A DNA stretch of 64,000 nucleotides from the human T2T-CHM13v2.0 reference genome, Homo sapiens: NCBI RefSeq assembly GCF_009914755.1, contig NC_060935.1; one strand, given 5' to 3'. Shown here in pieces: positions 25,422 through 39,350 of this stretch. Position 1 is the stretch's first letter, and each line of letters opens with the position of its first letter. Below the pieces are notes generated by a model, which searched no databases, was not told where the DNA came from, and was given only the letters and a program-made list of their open reading frames with translations. Made by a program: the position numbers and the translations under genes.

Positions 25422-28417
25422 AACAGAAGGCACCCCAGCTTAGGTCTAGAGAGGCTCCCCCTCCTTAGCCTCCCACAGAGCATCATCTGCAGTTTTGCAA
25501 AACCGTCCTGTGTTCTCTGTGCCCTGCGGAAATGGCCAAACAGCTCCTCAGTGCCCCAAGAGATAGAATCATGAAAAAAGCAGCTCGTAGTTCAAAATGG
25601 AAGAACATGATAAAAGCAAGGCCCCTCCATGGGTGTGAAGAGATTTCTCTTTTACAGAGGAAATTTGGGTGGGGGAGGCAGGACTTCTGCTGGATCCACA
25701 GAGGATCTTCCATTAGCAAAAGGACAATCATTGTGAGTGAAAAGTGAAAATTCTAAACTTAGAACCAGAAGGTGGGGAAGTGAAGAAAGTTCTTCCTTAT
25801 CTTCCCCCAACCCTTGTGGTTTTCACCCCCATCTCAGCCCATGTCTTTTGCCCCTGACTTCCCAGGTGTGGGAGTAGACTGAAGATGTGGAACGTGTGGG
25901 AGGCTAGAGAGTAGGGAGAATGTGGGTCTGCGTCTTTTTTGGAAGGATTGCAGCCAAAAATGCAGCGTTATACAGCAGCCAGAATGCACTCAGGTGTGGG
26001 GGCCAATGCCGGCCACACCTTTCCAGAAGGTTCTGTTGGGCCCCTAGGGGACCAGGCAGCATGGGGACTGCAGCGGAGCCCGGGAGGACAAGGGCTGGGC
26101 AAGCTCTGTTACCCATTTGTTGGGCTCTGAGAGGCTTGGGCCACACCTCTGAGCCCCGTGTCACTATAGACATTGAGAAGTGGACTCTCGCTAGCCCAAA
26201 CTCAACTTTGTGGCTCTTGGAAAGGACAGGGCCTGTCACGTGATACTCCTGGTCCAGCACAAAGCTCCCAATACAATGGACCATGCTGTGTATCCACGGG
26301 TGGCAGCGAAGGCAGTGTGCTGAAGTCTGGGCAAATGCATGGCCGATCCCAGGTTATTACCATATTGGATCATGTGGTCTCTGCTCCAGGCTGGCTCGGT
26401 TCAGGGTTGGATGAGTTTCTGCATCCCCCCAACCCCGGCCCAACTACCCCCAACCCTGCATGCTAATGGAGGCGGAATTAGGCAGAATTCTGCACGCCTC
26501 CAAGTCAGGCGTTTCCGATGACTCTTCCTGTGGGAGTCAGAGGGCAGGATGGGATGGGGTCAGCTGAGCCCTACATCTGAAGCCTTGCCTCTAAAAATAG
26601 CCCTTTCTTCCTGTGTCCAGGGCTCTGCCACGGGCCCTGCAGGAAAACGTCTGTTTCCAAGGCGGACGGAGCATCTGGAAGCTCCGAGCAGCCACGCGCT
26701 TATGCTCAGGCCTCAGCCAAGTGTCACCGGGGCCCTGGGGGCACCATCTGGCTTTCACTTCCTCGAGGCTCCTGTCCCCTTCACTGAATAAATCCTGCAT
26801 GTTTAGAGCCTGGGTCACAGCAGATCCAGCGGGTGTGTTGGGTGCAGCAGGTGTGCATCCCAGGGGGCGCTGAGGCGAACCTACCAGAACCTTCTCTTCC
26901 TGCTGCCCTGGGAGGCTGTGTCTGCCCAAGCCAGCCACCGGGCCGGGTCCACTGCCTGGGGATGGCTGTCCCCTGAGCTGCTGCTGTGTCCCCACCACGG
27001 AGGCTCGTCCGGCTGCCCGGGCATGAGTCATGGGCCAGCCCTGGGCGCTGCTGCGGATTCAGAAGCTCGAGCCGTTTCCTGCAGATAAGCGACAAGCGCC
27101 AGGGAAACCTGGCGGGGGTGGCCGCCCTGTGAGATAGCGCTTCCTTCAAAGCCCCCCAAGCACTAATTAGCCATTCCAAGCATAGTTTCAACAGCATTTA
27201 GGGATTTCCTCATCAAAATAAACTTCCTCCCATGTTATCTTCATTTTTGGCATCTGATGGGATCCTTTTTTTGTCTTATTTATTTATTTATTTTCTTTCT
27301 CTCCAAGATTCAGGGCGGACACACTTAGTCCTGCTGTGGTTGGATGGGCAGGTGAGGACACTGGGATGCTGGCAGCTGGCCCATCCACCTCTTGTCCGTG
27401 GAAAGTGGCAAGTCCCCACCCCATCTCTGCTCTCAGAGGAGCTTCCGAGGGGCCTGGTTCTGTGGTGAGGACCAGGACGGGTGGTCCACAGTGGCCTGCC
27501 CCACCTCTCCTTAGCTCCCCAGACCGAGGGGCCGGCTTGCCCTGCAGGCGATTTCAAGCCTTGGGGCTTCCAGGGTCAGCCTCCGCTGGAATGGTTGGGA
27601 TGCCATCAAGGCAAATTAGTGCTGGGTGCTCCCCCAGCCCTGTGGGCCTCCTGGCATGCTGGGAGTCAGATGGTGGACTTCCCCTTGGGCCCCAACAGGA
27701 TTGCTGTGGAAGTCAGGGCTTGAGATGAAAACTCAAGATGGAAAAGCTACTCATTTGCAACTTCCTCCTGGAAAGAAACCCCTCGCCGGTGCCTGTGGGT
27801 TGAGCCTCCTCAGCCCGGCAGGGCAAAGGCCTGCTTTGTGTACCGAGTCTCCAGGCATCCTGGCTGTTGCTTCCTGCGGCTCCGCACACGCCTTGGAGTG
27901 CGAATTTTAGCCACAATAGGTGATTTCCTGAAAGATCTGCTGATGCCTGGAGTTGACAGGCTGCTCCGAGATGGAACTAGATAAGACGAGTTTTGTTTGG
28001 GGCTGGACAATTTGTCAGGAAATGAGGTAGTGGTTGGTATGGAACTAGTGTCACTGTGGATTATTTTGGGGGAAAGTGTCCCTGGGAGGCCTCCATCAGC
28101 CTTCCAAACACAGCCAGGTGGGGCCATGCACACAACCTTGCTTCTGGGGGAATAGGACACCGGCTCCGGGAGATCCTCCTGATGCCAGCAACGGAATAGG
28201 TGGGGCCTACTCTCCAAAGAACAGCTGCCAGGCCAGGCCCAGCTCATGACAGGGTACGGAGCCTTCACGTAACACCAAGGGCGTTTCTGCTATGGAGCAG
28301 GGTGCTTGTGTTCTCAACCAAAGGCTGGCTGCATACAGCCCAGGGTTGCAGTGCTCACAGCCCAGCAAAGAGCTGGGTTGTCAGGAACCAAATGAAAAAA
28401 GGAGGGAAGAAAAGGGC

Positions 28418-28880
28418 AGATGGAAGGATGGAAGGAGCAATGGATGGATGGATGGATGGATGCATGGATGCATGGATGCATGGATGGATGGATGAATGGA
28501 TGGATGAGTGGATGGAAGGAAGAAGAAATGGGTGGTTGGATGGATGGAAGAAAAGATGGATGGATGGTGATGGATGGGCAGATAGATGGAAGGATGAAAG
28601 GAGCAATGGATGGATGGATGGATGCATGGATGGATGGATGCACAGATGAATGGATGAATGGATGGAAGGAAGAAGAAATGGGTGGATGGATGGATGGATG
28701 GAGAGACAGATGGATAGTGATGGATGGATAGATAGAAGGAGGGAAGAAGAGAAAGATGAATGGATGGATGATTAGAAGGAGGGATTGATGGATGGATGAT
28801 GGATGGATGAAAGGAAGAAAAGAGGGAAGATGGAAGGGAAAAAGGGAGGGAGGTTGAATGGAAGGAAAGAAGGAAGGAGA
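28418..28880. repeat. (TGGA)n/(GGAA)n repeat with higher-order duplication
   Basis: Directly visible. The variant blocks 'aggagcaatgg' and 'ggaaggaagaagaaatgggtgg' each occur twice, about 150-166 bp apart. Confidence 0.95.
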
Positions 28881-29659
28881 GATTAAATTGGTTTTGTAGG
28901 ACACTTCTTATCTTTTTTTTTTAGAAGAAAGAAAGAAACACGTTAAATAAAAGTCAGTTCTATAACCTTCTTGACTGTGGCAGCTCAGCCAGGAGTATGG
29001 AGAGCCTATTTCCCAGGCATACAAGATGGGGGGCAGCTTTACAGATAATAACCCTCTGGTGGCCCTGGGAAGAAGTCCACACACCTGCTCTCTGCCTCCA
29101 CCACCCAGATGGTCTCCCCCAACCATAGTGCAGCCTCCCAGGCCCCATCTCTGCCCACCACAGGTCTGCCCAACAAAGTGCTGACCAGCCACGTCTGCAA
29201 GCCCCATCCCAGCCAGCCTGTCCCCTTGCAATGACCCCAACCATGACAATAGTTACAACCACCGCATGTGTGGCGTACTCCCCATGTACCAGACCCTGAA
29301 CCCTCACACACGGGGTCTCATTTCCTCCTCTGAGGATCATTGTCCAGATGAGGCCAGTGAGGGCCAGTGAAGCCTTCGTGTGACCAGTGGATGCAGAACC
29401 AGGACTGGAACAGGTCAGTTTGGGTCCAGAGTCTCTGGACTCAAGAGGACGATGCAGAGGTGGGAAAGGAAAGAAGAAGGAAGAAGCAGGGAACCAAGGC
29501 AGGAAGTGGAGGCTGCGGCTCTGGGGAGCAGTGAGGGAGAGTGTGGGAGGGAGCAGCTTCCAGGGAAAGGGAACCATTTAAAAGGAGGTTTTGAAGATAT
29601 TTTCTGCATCGTGGTCAGTATCACTCCTTCTTACCTAGTAAAATCTACATGAGAAACTG

Positions 29660-30130
29660 AGGCAGACATTACTAATTGCCTTCCCAAGGTTCCTTTCTCT
29701 ACCAACAGAACACAGCCACTGTTCAGGGTGGCATTGTGACCAGCTAGAACATTCTATTTCCTAACCTCCCTTGCAGTAAGGGTTGGCCATCAGGCTCAGC
29801 TTTGGCCAGTAGAATACAGAAGTCGTGGGGCTTACAGGGAAAGGGTTGACAGCCCTCATCTAGTGCTGCTCCTTATTCCTTCCACGTTTTCCTTCCTGCA
29901 ATGAAAGCTGAAGCAATGCCTGGAGCACAGCAGCCATTTTGCAACCATGAGGACTAAAGTCACATGCCAAGGATGGTAGAGTGGAGAGGTAGAAGGAACC
30001 TGGGCCAGTGATGGCATGGTGGAGCTGCCACACCAGCCCTGAACTGCCAGCTGTGGGTAGACAACAGCTACTGTGTTGTCGCCACTGTGGCATGGCTTCC
30101 TGCTCCCTGCATCCAGATGTGGCCCCATGT
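29660..30130 (+). mobile_element. MLT1J/K-type MaLR LTR
   Basis: 'cctcccttgcag', 'gcagccattttgcaaccatgagg', 'aaggatggtagagtggagaggtagaaggaacctggg'. Confidence 0.75.
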
Positions 30131-30594
30131 GACACAGCCATAAGTAAAAAAACAGAGGCACACATTAAAATTCCTCTCAATAAACCAGGGTAAAGCCATT
30201 CCAAAGTCACAGAGGCCTTGATTTGTGGGGCGGGGTGGAGGGGGTGGTTCCTTCTCACCAGCAGCTGCCCTGACCGAAGGCTCCACAGGTAAGGCCAGAG
30301 GCAGGGATGCCTGCTGGGAATCCATGGACCAAATCCCTTTGCATTTATGTGGTTTCAGCCTTCCTCTCTGCCCCTAGACTTCACTTGCCACTAGACTCAG
30401 CAAGAATGCCTCTTTGGTTGGCCTTGGGCCAGGTTTGTATCCCCCGCTCTGGTCCATGTGCCCACAGGGTACTCTGTCCCTCTCAGCCTGGGACCCAGGA
30501 GCCAGCTCCACAGTCAGCCCTTGACTGGGTCCACGGGAGAGTGACCTCAGCAATGCCAGTGGGGTTGGCTGCCCCGGGAGACCCTGCAGGGAAC

Positions 30595-30636
30595 TGCATA
30601 TTAGTCAGGGTTCTCCAGAGAAACAGAACCCAGAGG

Positions 30637-30671
<35 letters not shown>

Positions 30672-30995
30672 CGCGTGCGTGCGCACAGAGAGAGAGAGAT
30701 TCAAGATAGCCAGGGAAGGCCCAGGGAAGAGCTGATGCCACAGCTTGAGGCTGAAGGCCATCTTTGGCAGAATTCTTTCCTAGCTGAGGGACCTCAGTCT
30801 ATTTCTCTTAAGGCCTTCGGCTGTTTAGATGAGGCCCACTTACGCTATGGAGGGTCATCTACTTCACTCAAAATCGACTGATTCACATGTCAATCTCATC
30901 TGAAAAATACCTTCACAGCAGCTTGTAGAATAATGTTTGACCAAACACTGGGTACCGAGGACTAAGAAAGTTGACACATACAAGTAACCAACACA
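30595..30995 (-). mobile_element. MLT2 (ERVL) LTR containing a (GT)n/(GA)n microsatellite
   Basis: 'tattagtcagggttctccagagaaacagaacc' through 'aagttgacacatacaagtaaccaacaca'. Confidence 0.85.
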
Positions 30996-31215
30996 AGGCC
31001 TCCCAAGCTGTGTCTGCACCCAAGAGCCCTCCTGTGTTACCCACAGTCACAGAATTAGAGTCTAAGTTTCATATGACCCAGGAGGACCTCTAGTGCAGCC
31101 ACCCACTTGAGGCACAAATGTCCTCTCCCTGGAATCTCCTAACCAGATGTGGGGACCTTCTCAGCTCTCCTTCCTGACTTTCCCAACAACGTTTCAGAAG
31201 CTACGCCTTCGGATG

Positions 31216-31320
31216 TACACACACACACACACACACACACAATGCACAAGCACACACATGCACACACATGAATGCACACAGGCACATGCACACATACACT
31301 TTCACATATGTGCACACACC
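31216..31320. repeat. (CA)n and degenerate CA tract
   Basis: Directly visible. Confidence 0.9.
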
Positions 31321-32287
31321 TCTCTCAGACAACTCAGTCCTACCAGGGACAAAGGTCTCTGCAACCAGGATGAAGCAAGGGCTAATCCGCAGCAGCGAGA
31401 GCCACCTCTGCCCCAGGGACATTACTTATATGCAAATCATGCTGCCATTCCTGCACATTGGAGAGGTGGCAGGTGGTCCTGAGGTTCCTCCCCTAGCAGT
31501 GCGGGGGGACAAGACAGACCCATCCATGTATCTTCTCGGGCGAGGAAGCCAGCCTACACAGACCTCGTGAGCTGATGAGTCTCACCATCTTATTATTTAT
31601 TCTTTATTATTAACAAAGCCAGACATGCACGCAGGACTCCCCGTGACCATTCCCGGGGAAGAAAGGACGAGCTGAGGTTCGGGACATATCTAGCCCCATA
31701 TCCTCGATGATCAAGCCCGTAGGTTCCATGCAGGGAGAGAATCCCTCAGGCCCACCCCCACCTCTCCTTTGAGACAGCAGAGTTGAGAGAAAAGCAGGGA
31801 TGCAGGCGTTCAATCCATCCACGCAGAGGCTGGGGCCAAAACCAATACTGGTCCTCTACTGCTGACCTCAGGCCCGTGTTACATGAACGGGGTGTTTGCA
31901 CCGATGACCATGCCAGATGCTTGGGAATGCTGCTTGTCCTTTTGCGTTTCTCTGGCAGACTTGCAATGAAGCCAGGTCAGTCCCAAGACCTGCGTTCCAG
32001 TTCCAGCCCCCTTACCAGCCTTGGAAGCCAGCATGTATGGGGGTGGGGGGGGGAGCACTCTGTGACTCAGTTTCCTATTCTGTAATATGGGAACAATAGT
32101 ACCACCCACCATCCAGACTATAACACAGAACCATCCTAGGCCAGAATAAGTGATGTCTCTACATCCCCAAAGCTTGGAGTTCCCCAAACTTGTCTGATCA
32201 TAAGAGTCTCCCAAGATGCTTGTGATAGATAGAGGTTCTCTCACCCCATCACGTGTGCATTTTTACAGAGCACCCTTCCCACAGTGA

Positions 32288-32633
<346 letters not shown>

Positions 32634-32979
32634 TGACAATCTGGCAGAAGGAGACACAGCCTGACTTCCCAGCAAGCTTGGACCCAGTGCACGAGGAATC
32701 AATGTGTGAGGAATTTGAGAGGCAAGTAGTCTCGTGTGGGTTTAAGTTGTCGCCAGGGCTCCTCCGGTATAGGAAGCAGGTATCCTGGGTCCCATTCCCA
32801 GTAGACCCAGCAGAGTGTGGCTTGGTCCTTGGATCATCCTCTCTAACGTGGATAGAGTAGGACGTGTCAGCTCTGGGCCATTCCAAGGCTGTGGCTTGGG
32901 AGTCAGGCAGGCCTTTGATTACAGCCTAATTCTGTGACTTGGGGTGGGGTGGTCTTGGGCACATCCTGACCCTCTTACT

Positions 32980-33137
32980 GATCAAGGCGAGGCCCCCGGG
33001 CTAGCAGCATCCACATCATCAGGAGCTTGCTAGACACGCAGGCCCCCAGGCCCTACCCCAGACCTGCTGAGTCAGAATCCACATTTCAGCAAGATCTGAA
33101 GGGGATTCTTATGCACTCAGAAGCTTGAGAGCAGTTG
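32980..33137. mobile_element. MER5A-type hAT MITE
   Basis: 'ggccctaccccagacctgctgagtcagaatc..catttcagcaagatc...agcttgagagcagttg'. Confidence 0.75.
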
Positions 33138-33769
33138 TGCTTACCTCTTTGAGTCTGATCTCTTCAGCTGCAAAGTGAGGAAAGACTATATCAATAACTA
33201 TCCCTGCAGCTCCAAGTAACACCAAGCCTGTTTCAAACTAGCCTGAACAATCAGGAAACGTGCTGACTGCTGTAAGTGGCACTCTGGGGCCAGACAGGCA
33301 TCAGGGTCAGTGTGGTTCAGAGTACTACGTCTGCAGCAGAAGCGTCCTGCCTCTGCCCTGCTGCACTGTGGCTGCAGCTCACCATGCTCACACCTGCGCA
33401 GGGCAATGTCCAGAGGGAAGATCCTCTAGGATCCTGTCTCTTGCATCCCACTGGCCTGCACCAATCCATGGTCAGTCATTGAACTGACTTAGGCCTGCAT
33501 TCCTACACCAGGTGCTGGCTAAGGGACAGGATCACACTCAGGTCCAGCCATGCAACTAAGAATATAGCTGCGTGCCACAGCATCTCATATCAATGGCATG
33601 ACCCCAAATCAGGACAGTAGAGTAGAGGAGGGAAGCAGATGCTGGGTAGATGCCTGATGCTGGTCATTACAGGATGGCCCTATCTCATGGGGTGGTTTCC
33701 CACTTAATACAATCCCTGGAACACAGGAAATACTCAAATACCCAATCTCAATCGTTAAACAGCTCTGGC

Positions 33770-34275
33770 AAATTGGATTTTCCAAACATGAACACAGCTA
33801 TATTTCTGTTCCCACGTGCTCTTCCACTCCTCATTAAGAGGTAGAGTCTATTTTCCCCTCCCTTGACACTGGGTGGGATTTTGTGACAGCTTGACAAATT
33901 CAATGTGCAGATGAGATGCTGCCTAACTTCCAAGGCTAGGTCGCAAACAGTGATGCAGCTTCCTCCTGGTTTTATCTGTCAGAAGCTTCACCTGTGGCAC
34001 CCAGCTGCCATATTGTAAGGAAGCCCAGGCCACATGGGGAGGCTGTGTGCAGGCGTTCCAGCCAATGGCCCCAGCTGAATCTCAGCCAAAAGCCCACATC
34101 AACTGCCAGAGGCATAAGTGAGTGCACTCGCTCAGCTGAAATCAGCTGATGTCAGCCCCCAGCCAAGGTCCCAGATATCATGGTCTAAGGCTGAGCAGCC
34201 CCCACTGTGCCCTGTCAGAATTCCTAACCCACAGAATCAATGAACATTAGAAAAAAAATGATTAATTTATGCCAC
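33770..34275 (+). mobile_element. MLT1G-type LTR, 3' truncated
   Basis: 'attttccaaacatg', 'agaggtagagtctattttcccctcc', 'gccatattgtaaggaagcccagg', 'aattcctaacccacagaatc'. Confidence 0.8.
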
Positions 34276-34703
34276 TGTGGTAAGCAGATTAATGATCCTC
34301 CAATGTACCCATGTCTGTGTATATGTGACCTCCTATGGCAAAAAGGACTTTGCAGATGTGATTAAGCCAAGAATCTTGAGATGGGAAGATTATCCTGGAT
34401 TAACCAAGTATGCATAATGTAATCGAAAGGGCCTTCATAAGAGGAAGGCAGCGGGAATACAGTTAGTAGTAGGAGATATGAGGACAGAAGCAGGTAGTCA
34501 GAGTGGTGGGAGGAAGGGGCCCCAGGCTAAGGAATGTAGGTGGCCTCTAAAAGCTGAAAAAGATATTTTTCCCTGAAGTCTTCAGAAGGAATGTGTAGCC
34601 CTGCCAACTCCTTGATTTTAAACTTCTGATGCCCAGAAGTGTAAGAGAATAAATGTGTGTTGTTTTAAGCCACCATGTTGGTGGTAATTTGTTACAAACT
34701 AAT
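34276..34703 (+). mobile_element. MLT1D LTR
   Basis: 'tgtggtaagcagattaatg', 'ggcaaaaaggactttgcagatgtgattaag', terminus 'gtggtaatttgttaca'. Confidence 0.85.
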
Positions 34704-34704
34704 G

Positions 34705-37192
<2,488 letters not shown>

Positions 37193-37199
37193 CAACACC

Positions 37200-38235
37200 C
37201 TAGGCAAAGGGTTGGCAGTGCTGGCTGACATCTTGCTGCTTGTGATGAAAGTAAGGGACAGAGACAAGCCAAAGAAGGAACACTCAATGTCAAGAAGCCA
37301 AGACTTGCTGGGTTTGAAAATCAAACTGTTTCTTATTCCTAACTTCTTCAAAATTCAGATTAAGAAAAGGCTTCACAGCAAAGATATTCACACTGAAATT
37401 ATAAGAGCCTTTGTTAAGCTCTCAGAAAGACCTAAATTGGTGCCACAGTGTACTGTCTAGCCAACAGAAGTCCCTCTAAGGACCTGAAGTGCATGCCTCA
37501 CAGGTCCTCTCCATGAAATAAAAGCCTCTTCATAAATCTTAAGAGCAATTTCCCACAGCATTCTCACAGGAAGCCCAAAGTAGAGAAGAATTTATCTTGA
37601 AGAGATGTGTGGCTCAAGCTCTTGTCTAGCAGAATGGATTATAAATTGATGCCTTAAAAACCACAAAGTTGTGTTTTTAAAGAAGTGTATCAGCTTGGAC
37701 TAAAAGAGACACAGACAGCACAAAATACAAAGAGATCTTTGGATCCCCAAAACTTCTACGTCAGGAAGCAGGCTGAGAAATGACTCAATTGCAAACACAG
37801 GCTATGTTTTAGGGAAAAGGGAGGCTGATTCAGAGGGTGGAGCAAGAGCCTGGAAGACAGAGCCAAAAGCCACAGTGACTCACTCTCAGGTAGTAGGACT
37901 GAGCCCCAAACAGGGAACTGGCAACACATGCCCAGCTGGATTTCAGAATTGCTATGGACCAATTACATCTGTGTGCTCATTATATTTACACATTCTGAAT
38001 TGGAGTGTCTATGGTGGCTCTCCTCTACCTGGCTCACCACTGTATTTGGGTGAGATGGGCAAGAAACCACAACTTAAGACCATCATTCACCTGGAGCTGA
38101 TGGAGAGGATGCTTTCCTGGACTTTGAGCCTGATGCTGTGATGGGATGAGAGATTGGGGAAGTGCAATGTAGATAAAAGGAAAAGTCTATTTTGCATGCA
38201 GTAAGAATGTAAATGATGGAGTCCAGAGGGAAGCC
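37200..38235 (+). mobile_element. MLT1 internal (MaLR-int) sequence
   Basis: 'gcccagctggatttcagaattgctatggacca' and 'ggactttgagcctgatgctgtgatgggatgag...tattttgcatg' run into the LTR through a purine-rich PPT-like 'ccagagggaagcc'. Confidence 0.65.
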
Positions 38236-38735
38236 TGTATTGTATTTTCCAAAAATGGCCAGAACAATATATCCAGGCCCATGTGCTCTTCCAGAACCCT
38301 GCCACTCCCCATCAACAGGCAGGGTCTATTTCCTCTCTCCATGAACCTGGGCAGGATTTTGTGACTGTCTTGAATAGGCTGTGGCAGAAGTGGAGCTATG
38401 ACTTTCAAGTCATCAAAAATGATGCAGCTTCCATCTCAATCTGTCTCCCTCTCCCACTCTCACGCCCCACGCCCATCTCTTAATTCTCACCCTTCAAATC
38501 TAGCCACCATGTTGTGAGGAAGCCCAACCCACATGAAAAGGCCACATGTAGGTTTTCTAGCCAACAGCTCCAGCTGAGGTCTCAGCCAAGAGCCAGCATC
38601 AACTGCCAGGCATGTGAGGGAGCCTCCCCTGGTGTGCTCCCATTTCTTGAGCCACAGAATCTGTGAGCATAACAAAGGGTGGTTTATGCCACTAAGTTTG
38701 GGGTGTTTTGTTATGCAACCAGAGTAAATGGAACA
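38236..38735 (+). mobile_element. MLT1G-type LTR
   Basis: 'tgtattgtattttccaaaaatggcc' through 'tgccactaagtttggggtgttttgttatgcaacc..gaaca'. Confidence 0.85.
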
Positions 38736-39204
38736 ATGTATTTGCAGCAGATTGCCAGAGTCCCAGAGGTGCACACACCCCCCAGGTCACGATTCCCCCA
38801 CTGGAAAAGGGAATGGGTCCTCAGGGTAAGAAGCCTGGATAGCCACAGGAGAAGGCTGATTCCAGCCCGGAGTGGGAGATGGAAACCTCGCCCTGAGCCG
38901 GCCCAGCCCTCCCCAGGCCATCCAAAGGGAGTGACTGTTTTCAGGGGAACAAACCTCACCCACTGTTCTTCTCCCTTGTAGCAACTGGAGTCTGGAAGTA
39001 CAGAGAAGGAGAAAAGCCCAGCGCATTTCTGAAAAGGGGAAGGAGCATGGCCCTGCAGCTTTCTCTAGATCCTGGTTCTTCAGCATGGATGGAAAAACAT
39101 CTCATCCAATCAAAATGCAAGCCTTGGCTCCATTCTATGGTGTCTGGCATTTTTCTTCTTCCATTCTCTTCACCCCTGTTTCATTATTTCAGTGTTGTCT
39201 GAAC

Positions 39205-39350
39205 CCTTGCTGTTCCCAGTGTGGTTCTCCAACCAGCAACAGTGGCATTGCCTGGGGAGCTGGTTTGAGAGGTAGGATCTGAGGCTAGCTCCAAGTCTGC
39301 AGAGTATGAATCTGCAGGATTCCCGGGCACAGAGCTTGAGAAAAGCAGCT
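39205..39350. mobile_element. MER5A-like MITE fragment
   Basis: 'ttcccagtgtggttctccaaccagcaacag..ggcattgcctggggagct' and 'agcttgagaaaagcag'. Confidence 0.55.

Noticed and set aside
26856-26871. Second CTCF-like motif 'atcccagggggcgct'
   Set aside because: The 3' half matches but the 5' CCR positions do not, so it is too weak to call.
28200-28904. MDGW/HPSI-repeat ORFs
   Set aside because: Translations of the (TGGA)n simple repeat.
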